62,041 bases of DNA, from positions 1-62,041 of the forward strand of contig JAAILG010001776.1 of NCBI GenBank assembly GCA_012026655.1. Reading direction: 5' to 3'. This document shows positions 50,903 through 62,041 of this stretch, piece by piece. The notes under the pieces were generated by a model. That model ran no database searches. It was not told the DNA's origin and worked only from the letters and a program-made list of their open reading frames with translations. How positions within the stretch are numbered: the first letter of the stretch is position 1; every line of letters begins with the position of its first letter. This DNA comes from Hydrolagus affinis. Lineage: Eukaryota. The position numbers and the translations under genes were made by a program.

Positions 50903-51348
50903 TGGAGCTCCTGTAGCTCAGTGGTTAGAGCATAAGAACATAAGAATTAGGAGCAGGAGCAGGCCATTCGGCCCCTCGAGCCTGCCCCGCCATTTGCTAA
51001 GGTCATGCCTGATTTTCTGACCTAACTCTAATTACCTGCCCTATCCCCATATCCCCTAATCCCTCTATTTTTTTTACTCGCCTTACAAGTGTGAGACTTA
51101 TGTTTGAATCCAGGCAGATCAGGGTGAAATCCTGGGCAAATTTCCTTACTCCACACACCTAATAATAATCCCTCCAAAAAAAACACAATAATAAAATTGG
51201 TCATTTCAATCCATGACTGTTTGTCGGACACTGCTGTGCGCAATTGGCTGCCGCGATTCGCCCATAAATTATACTCAATTCACTTGAACAGTTTATTCTG
51301 TGAAGCATTTTGAGACGTACTTCTAGAGGCTGCAACGATTATTATTAA
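50903..51348 (+). mobile_element. SINE interrupted in its tRNA head by an antisense CR1 3' fragment (~50932-51075)
   Basis: GGTTAGAGC | CR1 tail ATAAGAACATAAGAATTAGGAGCAGG... | ACTCGCCTTACAAG. Confidence 0.85.
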
Positions 51349-54164
51349 CGGCATCAGATGCGAGGATTATTATCATTATTATTGGTAGTATTATTAAAGA
51401 TGTCAGTGTGATTCCCGGGCCACTTTTTGGTTTCCGTCCTCACTATCGATGACGGCATTTTGTAAGTGAAAGCTCTAGCCTGGTCCAGTTCAGAGCAAAA
51501 TCCTCTTGAATAAACAGCAGTCACAGGAACATGGAACAGGTGGTGTACAGCACTGGCACCGAGTCAGGCCATAAACTTATTGGTGGGACAATCTTGACAC
51601 TGAACCGAGCTCAACATTGATGGAAGCCTTTTCACTTTGGGGACAGTGACATTGAAACCACAACACAACTCCCCTGTACTCTCACCCCCACCCCCAAACC
51701 TCTATTACCCCCCCCCCCACCCCCACCGTCACTGCTCAGAAGCTGGTATGATGATAAATCACTTATTTGAAGTCATCCTCACCCTTCCCTCTTCACCCCA
51801 CCCCCCCCAACCCCCACCACCAGTTCTGCCGCCAATCTGTAATCATAGAATTCACTACGGTTTTCAGTGTTCAACTTTTTTAGATTTTGAATATTTCAGT
51901 AAGATTTCCTGAGGATTCGTTTATTTTCTTTAGTGCGAATGTTCCTAACTTCTGTCCCCTCTCTTTACAATACCATCCATCAAACTATTGCACTCTCGTT
52001 GTTTTACACTGTGTTTCTTTCCATCTGTGCCAGAAGGCTACTTAAGCACATTTTAGATTAAATATAAAAATTTGACTATTTCTCTCTCTTACATGTGTTT
52101 TTTTTATTTTTTTCCCCTGAAACTCCCACCATCTCGGACCTGACTTCCTCTTGTTTAATCTAACTCTTTCCAGCTGTTCTGTTAACTCTTCCTCTCTCCC
52201 CCAATCCCACCCTCCCACCCAACCCATGTTTTTCTTTTATATTCACGGCTTTGAAAGTCCCTCATTAGAGTGTGGCAAGGTTCACATTTGCAATATTTGT
52301 ATTCTCCAGAGAATAACGGCAGTCTATATCTGGACCTGAAGAAAATAATAGAATATTAGAATCTGATGTGTCATCTCTTACTGAGAAACTGTTTGGATAT
52401 TAATGAGTTGATGAGACGTTTGTGAAGACTTTCTCTGTGACCTTGGATCAATTGGGAATGCGATTTCCAAACAGTGACCACAATTTGTTTGCCTTCCAAT
52501 TGCCTAATTATATAAATCCCCTACTGTTCTCAGCCAGCTTTGTCCATTTTTTCTTTTAAAATATCTGATGTAAGATCGTTTGGTGATGCTAACAATCTGA
52601 TAAAACTTTAGCTCTCCTCTTGAGTAGATTAATGTTTAATACCAGCCACAGTCTTTGTTTAGTTTCCCGTATAAATCCTTGGCAATAATATCATTCTTTA
52701 AATCAAAGCAATTCAATTTTCCACACTTTCAAGTGTAGATGTCATTGGTGTTAGGGTTGGTGTGTGTGATTGTGTGATCTTTAGGTGAAATTAGCAATGC
52801 AGTCTGACATACCTAGACCTCACTGATTGGAAGTATAACCTTCACTATCGAAGAATGATGTTCGCAGTTTAGCCGTGGTCTGATTAATGGTTGAGTTTTG
52901 GGCGATGCCATATTCCTAGTCTCGTGGGCTTCTATCTCAATTGCATTGTTAGTTCATACTTTTATTTGCTGCAAATGTCATTCTCAGCTAGTGCAAAACA
53001 AAACTAGAGCTGCACAACACTGCATTATAATTCTAAAAATAACAGCATTAACTTGGCTAAGATATATAGCTGGATCTCACTGTCACTGACGTGAATTGCA
53101 GACTCTCACAATAATAATGAGGCATCTTCAGTTCAGCTGGCAGAAGTGTGGGCTTGTTGTGTTGGCTCTTTTTTCTGTGCCCTGGGTAGCACAGTGTATT
53201 CTGCACACTGGAATCCAATTGGTGTTCAATCTCTGAGCAATGGGCAAATGTTACATATCCAAAGGATTACAAAGCTAATCATGTATGATTGCAAATAATA
53301 CGGTGGTGACGAGATGAATGAACACACTCTCATTGTGTGGAACTGAACGGATGTTCTGCAGCTAATCTATTTAATTAGCAATAAAAGAGAATTTAATTGG
53401 TTGACTTTTATGTTTGTTGCTAACCAGGAGCTGAAGGAGGAAGTGCAAGCCATCAGTCGTGTATCCATCCACAAACTCCATATTATTCTTAAAGGGACAT
53501 TTTGGTGTTGAAGCTTTTTGAACGCATGCAGTAGCTTTCATTGCAAAGTAAACAAATGTGCATGGAGTCTTATGCCTGCTAGACTATTTAACTGATAACT
53601 TAAATGCCTGTCTAGCTGATGATAATCCTGGCATTTGATATGGTTCCTTATCACGTCATTGATAGGTTTCCAGAGCGCTTCACAGAATATAGTGCAAGGT
53701 GAATTGACCGTGTTTTGTGGCTGAGAATGGGGAGTAAATCCAACAAAATGGTGAGCTAACAATGAAAAGTAACTGAACATACGTGTGCAACTGAGGATCA
53801 TTTCCATTTAGACTCTACATTGTTATGCGCGGGAAAGGAATTGCTAATGTAGGTCAGCACTTCCAGATGGTGGAACCAACACTAAATGGGTAAGGATGTG
53901 TGTCTGAGCTATGGGCGGAGGGATGGTGTCAATTTTCTGGCACATTTCCTATTGAGTTGTGTTCGAACATCCTTTATGTCAATTCACTCAAAGTTGCTTC
54001 GGTGTGTGTGTGTGTTGCTGTGTGTGTGTGTGTTTTTCCCCTCTCCCTTTGTACAAAGCAAGCTGATTTTATGGCCACATTGCCCTTTTAATTACTATTT
54101 CAACAGTCATTTTGTACCCGGATTGAACTAATGGTTAATATCACCGAATTTAAACACAAAAGAT

Positions 54165-54455
54165 GAATAATGATAATAATAATCCTTGCATTTGATATAA
54201 CATTTATCACATCTTTTAGAAAGTCCCAAAGTGTTTCACAGAATATGCTATAAAGTGAATTGACGCATATCTGTGGGAGAAACACGGCAGCCGATTGTGC
54301 ACAGCAGCATCCCCACAAACAGTCATGGATTGTAATGAACTAATTTTTTTTTGAGGGCTTATTATCAGTAGTGTGGAGTAATGCCCTGACTCGAATTGAA
54401 CCCAGGTCTCTCGCTTGTAAGGCGAGTGCTCTAACCACTGAGCTACAGGACTCCA
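54165..54455 (-). mobile_element. SINE
   Basis: Head, body and tail present. Confidence 0.87.
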
Positions 54456-55069
54456 ATAGATTGCCTAGTATTCATGACTGTCTAACCTCAGAAAGAGCAT
54501 TAAGCTCTAAACCGTTAACTCTACCACTTAAGTCCAACAAATAGTTCGAATTAGTAGGAGATACGGCTAATCTAAAGATTCTGAGATCCGTATTTCATGT
54601 TGACTAGAATACAAATACCTTCACACCTTATCTGAGGTTGCAGGCACTGCAGGTACCAGCTAAAAATATTTTCTTCACTGCTTCTGTTTAAGTCAACATA
54701 TGATTCAAAATTGATTTTTATTTCTGCCAACCAGATGGGCTTTGGGATACAAGCCTGACTGATTGTGACTGTTCATGCTGTGACTCTATCCCCCTCAGTG
54801 AAAGTTGCGCTCTATTAAAATACTGGATTACTTGAGACGCGCACATCTACAAATTCACCTGCTTCAGGATTAATTGTGAATTTTTTTTGTGGTGGGGGGC
54901 AGTGGTGGGCGGAAGGGAAGGGTGTACAAACATATTTTTCACAGTGCTTAAAAGCACCAATCTGCTATTTCGTATATTAAATACTAACTGATTGATACCT
55001 TAGGGCTTTTGGGGAGATGAGTTTGGTACAGATTGGTTCAAACCACTTATTAATTGGACGTGAGATAGC

Positions 55070-55365
55070 TGTCAGCCTGGCTCGGTTGCACAGCCTGGCT
55101 CTGAATCAGAGGTTGTGGGTTCAAGCCCCATGTCAGGACTTTGGTCCTATTGTCTAGACCACTGTATTGTAGGTGTTGTTGTCCCTAAATATAACTGATC
55201 GCTCACTTCATGGCTGTTTGAGCAATATTGTTGATCACAAATGGTGGCCCTTTTCACCTACACACGCCAATAGAAATAGTCACTATACTTTGCCTATATC
55301 CTATGAAGAGCTTTCAGTCTTTTTTTCACTGATCTGACAGGTGTGATCCCAAGTGCAAGGAACAT
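55070..55365 (+). mobile_element. Old, internally deleted SacSINE1-like SINE
   Basis: Head CTCTGAATCAGAGGTTGTGGGTTCAAGCCCC, degraded body and tail. Confidence 0.55.
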
Positions 55366-56942
55366 TGTTATTTTTTTCTCCAGTATGTTATTCAGTCAAG
55401 AGCTTCCAGTTTGTTTTAATGGAAAAATAATGAGGGAACTTTGTTAACTTCAAGTTGCATGATTCTTCCCGAGGTGCATATATGTATATCAGGGGAACAT
55501 TGACTGCCAAAAGCATTTGAGTAGCGAGACTAGAGAAAGCTCGAGGGATAAAATCTGAAATTGATTGAACTGGTTGCTTTTTAGCAGCTTTGAACAACAT
55601 TCTTTAAACCATGAAAATGCCAGTCAATAATGCCATTTAAAATCCCATCACCGTGCCTGCTATATTGGAAATGTAGCTATTGAGTTAATGCAGAAAACAT
55701 ACTTACTTTTTTTTTGCCTATTCTGAGTATTGTGGTGTTTGACCTCCAGTGACTGCGTTATCGTGGGTTACTTTCCTCCCCTACTTCCCTACGAAAAAGA
55801 CTGAGCGTGACAGAAGGAAAATAAGATAGCATGTGGCCTGCCTGAAAAATCAATAATACTTGTGTACTGAAAATCATGGCTTTGGGGTGTAAGCTTTGAG
55901 TGAACAGTGAACTAGAAGAGGCTTTGTTACTGGAAATAAAATATCCTCAATTACTAGCCATTGATCAGACAACACACAATGACCACTCACTTTTCTGTTG
56001 CATCGAGACCCATGCTTCCCAGACCTGTTAATATCACTTATTTTTACCTTGGAAAACTGAACCATTCTCAAGCATAGATGCTGGGATATGGTAACCTCGT
56101 TTTTACCCTGCTCAAACTGATCCTTATCAGTCAGTCGGGTGTTTCTGTCCGTGTCATATGTTCTCCAAAGGCATTTGCCTCAAAGGCGAGCTGCTGCAGT
56201 CTAGTTTATTTTATCCGCTATCTTGTGGAGGGCCTTGTGGACATGAGTGCGCTTCACGCAAAATCTTGCGGATGTTTAAATCTGAGAAAGAACTGCAGTA
56301 ATTTAGAGTTGTTTCCACTGTTGCTTCCCTCCACTGATAGTGAAACAATGCCCAGAACATGTTAGAAAGCCCCTTTGGGTTCTTTCACTTCAGTCAATCG
56401 GAGACATGTGGTGTCTGTCACTGCTTGCTCCCAGCAAAAGAAAAATAAAAGCTTGCCCAGAACAACAACAAACTAAAAAAAATAACTCCGTGGAATGATA
56501 GGGATTTAGTGATGTGGTGTCAGTGTGTGTGTGTGTGTAAGAGTGTAAGAAATTGAACAGATTATGAGTCAGTGTTACTAATCTATTCCAGTTTTGTCTT
56601 TCCAGTTAGAAAGCATCATTTAATGAGGTATTTTGTATCCGGATAGTAACCTATTGGTTGCATTTTTCTAAAAGGAAACCCCATCAGAGACTAATACTGT
56701 AATGCACAGATAGCTAAATATAGTAATGGATGTATAATAGATTCCAATGTGTTGCCAACCTTGTAACACTCAACCGACATGCTGTTCAATAGTTTATTTT
56801 GCTCCCAGCCAGAAATCCATTTAAAACTAATATTAAATCACTAGTTTTTCATCCAGAATACATACAGTCAATTTACTCTACAGTATATTCTGTGAAGCGC
56901 TCTGAGACATCTCAACATTGTGATTAGGTGCATTATATCATG

Positions 56943-57270
56943 TGGCGCTCCTGTAGCTCAGTGGTTAGAGCACTCACCTTACAAGTGTGAGACGTGTGTT
57001 TGAATCCAGGCAGGTCAGGACGAAACCTTGGGCAAGTTTCCTTACTTCACACACTCGCCTAATGATAATCCCTCCAAAAAACCCACAATAATAAAATTGG
57101 TCATTTCAATCCATGACTGTATGTGGGGACACTGCTGTGCGCAATTGGCTGCTGTGTTTCGCCCACAAATATATACAGTCAATTCACTTTACAGTATATT
57201 CTGTGAAGCGTTTTGAGACGTTGATAAGATGTGAAAAGCGCTATATCAAAATGCAAGGATTATTATTATT
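56943..57270 (+). mobile_element. Full-length SINE
   Basis: Head, body and tail present. Confidence 0.9.
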
Positions 57271-58586
57271 ATATCAACTGCAAGCTTATTATTATGAAGC
57301 TTGCACGAATCTTTAAAATTCTAAAGCTGATAGATACAAGGTAAGACTAAGATAAGAGTATGTGGAATATTTTAGACTGTACTGCACTGTAGAGAATATA
57401 AAGGTCATGAAACATAAATTGCATAGCATTGCTAACTCCTTGTATTCAAGAGGCTAAAGATCTCTTTGTTAAACAGTTGTTCCATGACAATTGCACTGAA
57501 TCATCAAGCCCTTTGGATAGTAGTGACCCAAATACAATCACCAGCACCGCAACCGCACCAGCGCTCGCATTATTGTCATGTTCTCCTTCAGGCAAAAAAG
57601 TTCATTTTGACCCATTATCTCAGCAACAACAACAACTTCGATTTATATAGCGACCTCCACGCCGGACGGCATCTCGGAGCGCTATCTTACTTCCCCAACA
57701 CAATTAACAAGCTGATAGTAATTAGAACCGTGTTTTAAATTTTTTTTAAAAAAAAATCTAGTTTGTCCACAGCTGCTGAAGAAGAACCTCTGTATCCTTA
57801 GTTTTAGTAAATATTTTGCTCCTGGAAAATATACGGGCGATTCACTTTCCAGTGCATTCTGCGAAGCGCTTCGAGGCGTCTTGATGATATGATAAGGCAC
57901 CATATTGAATGCAAGGATTATTATTATTATTATAGACACTCAGCGGGGGCAATTTTCTCCCCTTTCCCGAAGATCTTGACAAGGGCATAGGTTTGGATCC
58001 ATTGACAGCCCTCTCATACTTCATTCTACCAGCCATTCTTGTATACATACGCACTGATTATTAACGAGCTGTTGTAATCAAATCACATTTGTGTTGGTAT
58101 TACCCCCAGATCTGTTGGTTACAGTGCTCACTCCTTGATCTTGCTTCTGGTTTTCATTCATTTGCAATCATTTATTATAGTTTCTGCTCCCAAGAAAGCT
58201 GTGATTATATTCATAGCAAATCTACAGAAACGCTCTTTCAGTGAGCAAGCAGTATCTCTATGGAGATGGCTTCATTAGAGAGATGGTGGAAGAAGAAAGT
58301 GGATTTCTATCAAAAACAAACGGAGAGAGATTTGGTTTAGGAAATAATACCTTGGCATATAGTTTGGGGGCAAGACTTGTGCATGGTGGTGGAAGGTGAG
58401 ATGGATGGACCTTTGTCTTCTGTTGTGCTGTCAGTAAACCACAACCATTTCACGCTTGAGATTGCAGTCATCGACAAAACATCACCAGAGTTCATCGGAT
58501 TACATGAGCTCACCAATAAAAGATGATTGTCTTTTTAGTTATCCGACTATGTGTCCTGCCTGCTGTTCATATGCTGCATCTCCCGT

Positions 58587-58930
58587 GGAGCTCCTGTTGG
58601 CTCAGTGGTTAGAGCACTCGCCTTGCAAGTGTGAGAACTGTGTTCGAATCCAGGCTGGTCAGGGCGAAACCTTGGGCAAGTTTCCTGACTCCACACACAC
58701 GCGCCTAATAATAATCCCTCCAAAAAAAAACCACAATAATAACAATTGGTCATTTCAATCCACGACTATTTGTGGGACATTGCTGTGCGCAATCGGCTGC
58801 CGCATTTCGCCCACAAATACTATATATAGTCAATTCACTTTTCTGTGAAGCGCTTTGAGATGTCGATAGAATGTGAAAAGCCTGGGATTATTATCATTGT
58901 TATTGCAAGAATTATTATCATTGTTATTAT
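58587..58930 (+). mobile_element. Full-length SINE
   Basis: A box TGGCTCAGTGG, B box GTTCGAATCC, body and tail. Confidence 0.9.
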
Positions 58931-60207
58931 ATTTCCCACGTTTGCTATCTTGACGGTGGTTTCTTTACTCTCTATTTACTCTGTGATCTGTACCATTTTC
59001 CCCTTTAGCAACCAATATAGCCCTTGTCAGCCTCACCGAGAAAGCCTTGTCTCTTCTTACTTTTCCTCCTGCCGCAACACCATCATTCCATATTGTTTGA
59101 TTCCTGTCTTAAATTATCTCTTGTCTCCTCCACATATAATCAGTTTTTATATCCTTTTTATTAACAAAAAAGGCTTGTTCTCCAATTAATTATCGTACCT
59201 TTCGAGTTTTACATTTGTTTCTGCTTACAGTATCTTCTCTGATTTCTTTAGCATCCAGCCTCTGTTTCCGACAGGCATTTTGTTATCATATCCAGCTCTC
59301 CCGTGCTATAAAAGCACACCATTTTATTAATCCTTATAGTACTACCTGTTTAGTGTTAACATCCTCACTTTAAAGTAGTATGATTGCATCTAACTTAAAA
59401 AAAATGTCTTAAACATTATTCTAAGTTCTTAGCATCATGAGCTACATTCGAAAATCAAGTCCGCAAATCCATTATGGGCCTGAAATGTCCCTAATGTTTA
59501 AGAATTGATTGAAAGTAAATGACTATTTCTGAAGTTTGCGAGGGGGCCTTGAGAGATCAGACGGATTTGTTAATGAGAGGAAAAGAGGTTGAGGTCAGTC
59601 TGGACATTGGATCTATCAATACACATTGAAACTGTGATGGGCAGATGGTAGGTTGGGTAAGATGGAAGGATGAGATGAAATGGGGTGAAGGGCTTTCTTT
59701 ATCCCAAACTCTATTGTGATCTTATATGTTGTGTTACCAGAGAACATTGTCACTGACAGCTTAGAAATTTCATACCATTAAATAGAGCTGTCAGCCCCAT
59801 CAAACAGAAAACCTTTTTGTAGGATGTTATGTAGTCAGCTTTGTTGGATTGAAGTATGTTTCATGTTGTCTTGAAGAATTTAATACATTTTCTGTAAAAG
59901 TGAACCACGCGTGGGAGGTCAAAACTTTGCAATATAAACTGTGTTAGGCAGGGACAGTTTGGGTAACCGTTTTATAAAATACTGAAGCAATTCCAGCCTT
60001 CGAAACTTCTAAACATTTACCAAAATTTCAATGTTTATGCTGCCTGGCAAAGGCAGAGTAATAACTGAAGGTTGAACTGATCCGAAAGACAGGATCTGTT
60101 TTTGCAGCTTGCCAGATGTTTGCTGTCAAGCTTAAGATAAACAATAGTTTCAATAACTCGCGGCAATAACATGAAGTGTGGAGGTCTGGCATTCTAGAGA
60201 TTCTCTA

Positions 60208-60448
60208 TAATAATAATCCTTGCATTCAATCTAGCGCTTTTCATGTCTTCTAGACGTCTCAAAGCGCTTCACAAAATATGCTGTAAAGTGAATTGACTGT
60301 ACATTTGTGGGTGAAATGCGGCAGCCAATTGAGCACAGCAGTGTCCCACAAACAGTGGTGGATTGAAAATGACCAACTTTTTTTTTTGAGGGATTATTAT
60401 CAGGCGTGTGGAGTAAGGAAACTTGCCCAAGGTTTTGCCCTGACCGGC
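60208..60448 (-). mobile_element. SINE lacking its head
   Basis: Same family body and tail. Confidence 0.85.
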
Positions 60449-61739
60449 CCAGAATACGGTGTATTTATATTCATGCCATTCCCTCACCCACTGTAACTTT
60501 AAGAATTTGACTTCCACATGGAAAGGAGACCAGTGATGACCTTCATCACAGGATCTCGAACCCAAATCGTCAGTCATGTCAACAACACCTGATGCGATAA
60601 TATATGGACGTGCATCAGTTTTGCCCACAGATTACAGTCACTTTGCTTTACAGTATATTCTGTGAAGCCCTTTGAGACGTCTCAATGACGAGATCAAACG
60701 CTACATCAATGCAAGGAGTGTTGTTGTTTATTATGTTATTGTTGAATGAATCAGAACTGGATTTCTTCTTGGAAATTAAGATTTAGGATGAGCCCCAATT
60801 CTGTTTATTGGTGTCTTATTTTATTATTATTATTGGTGCCTTATTTTAATACAACGCAGTTATTCGGAGCAGTGGGCTGCATTTTCATTTCATTCAATTC
60901 AGTAGAATTTCATTGCGAACAGTACATACAAAAGCAGCAATGTTGGCTAGAAATAGGACTGAGAGCTCTGTGCTGTTACTGCTGTTACTCACGAAGGAGA
61001 TCAAACAGGCAAATAACCTATTTGATTTGTATTTCCATCTGGATGCAGCTTGAGTTTCACCAGGTCATTGAATCGGAGCTTTTATTTTTCTCCCCACCAC
61101 CACCAGATATAAAACTCTTATAGATTTGCATTCTAAAATTGCAATTCTATTTTGAGACCAAGCCAGAGGTTCAGAATGCCTCACCATTAATGATTATGTT
61201 GATGGCTGCCTTCAACTTGTATGCTAATTGTGTTCTTTTCAATTGTTTGCAAGTGATCCCAAGGGATTTTCGTCAGTCTGGTTGTGCATTGTTAAGTTAT
61301 TAGTTCTGAACTCCTGTGTCTCAGGAGCAGTAATGCAAGTTTTTTTTTAACGCCAGTTCTGGGCTCCCTACAGATTGCAGATGCAATTATTTGAATAAGT
61401 GTCGTTTTAATTCATTTTCTACAAGAGCGAATTGCATCCAAACCTTTTTAATTGTCCGTTGCAGTGAATATAGTGTTCACCACATAATTTGGAAGTTTCA
61501 CTGCACACGAAAGGAAAATATTTCTAAGACAAAATGCAACAAGTTCATGATCACTCACAAAGTATCTCAATGGAAAATTATTTATACCAATTAAATAGTT
61601 GAACGCAATGTACGGATATCGCAGGCCATAACAGCTCTTCTGCAGCCATCCGATCTGCCTGTTCTTTGGCAATTTCCCCCTCTTTGTTTTAACATTATCA
61701 ACACTTCTCTCCAGTTTTGTTTACAACATTAACAACTCT

Positions 61740-61953
61740 TTAACCCATCATCTCCCGTCCTCTACCCCACTTTCCCCTTTGTCTCCCTTGCGCTGCCTCT
61801 CCCCCTCTGTTAATCTTTAAAAGCCCCTCCCTCCCAACATGCCCCCAATGACGAATGGCCGTGGACCCGAAACGTTGACTCGCTTTTCCTGTCTCCATAG
61901 ATGCTGCCTTACCTGCTGAGTGTTCCCAGTGACTTCTGTTTTTTGTTGCAGAT
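61740..61953 (+). mobile_element. Penelope-like element end with hammerhead ribozyme motif
   Basis: ATGACGAA-TGGCC-GTG-GACCC-GAAACGTT-GACTC at ~61848-61881, same tail; CT-rich upstream part. Confidence 0.72.
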
Positions 61954-62041
61954 ATCGTAGATTGTTTGTTTCCTTAGATCTGTTCTTAAGAATCTGTAAA
62001 TTTCCAGCACCTTGAAATGTCCTCCTTACGTGAGAGGCGCT

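Overview
Vertebrate genomic DNA, most likely a cartilaginous fish (inferred from SacSINE1-like DeuSINEs, CR1/L2 tails and shark-type Penelope ends). It holds two divergently transcribed genes. PRPF40A (minus strand) has 23 coding exons from an ATG-only exon end at 25505 down to 698; I spliced them by hand into one uninterrupted 2283-nt frame (761 codons: Pro/Met-rich N-terminus, two WW domains, FF repeats, start of the RS/K-rich tail), and the gene continues left of the window. ARL6IP6 (plus strand) is complete: 4 coding exons, 26751-37049, 211 aa. The genes share a CpG-rich promoter interrupted by a 100-N assembly gap. The last ~23 kb have no recognisable coding gene. Repeats include tRNA-derived DeuSINE-like SINEs, Tigger/pogo-type and hAT MITEs, CR1 and L2 3' ends, and three Penelope-like ends carrying minimal hammerhead-ribozyme motifs. 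Most notable: the hammerhead elements (one as a fold-back whose arm starts at the predicted cleavage site), a PRPF40B-like N-terminus on the PRPF40A-syntenic gene, two frame-shifting microexons, a candidate recursive-splice/poison exon in PRPF40A, and a duplicated SINE-in-SINE composite. All homology statements are from recall, not from database searches.
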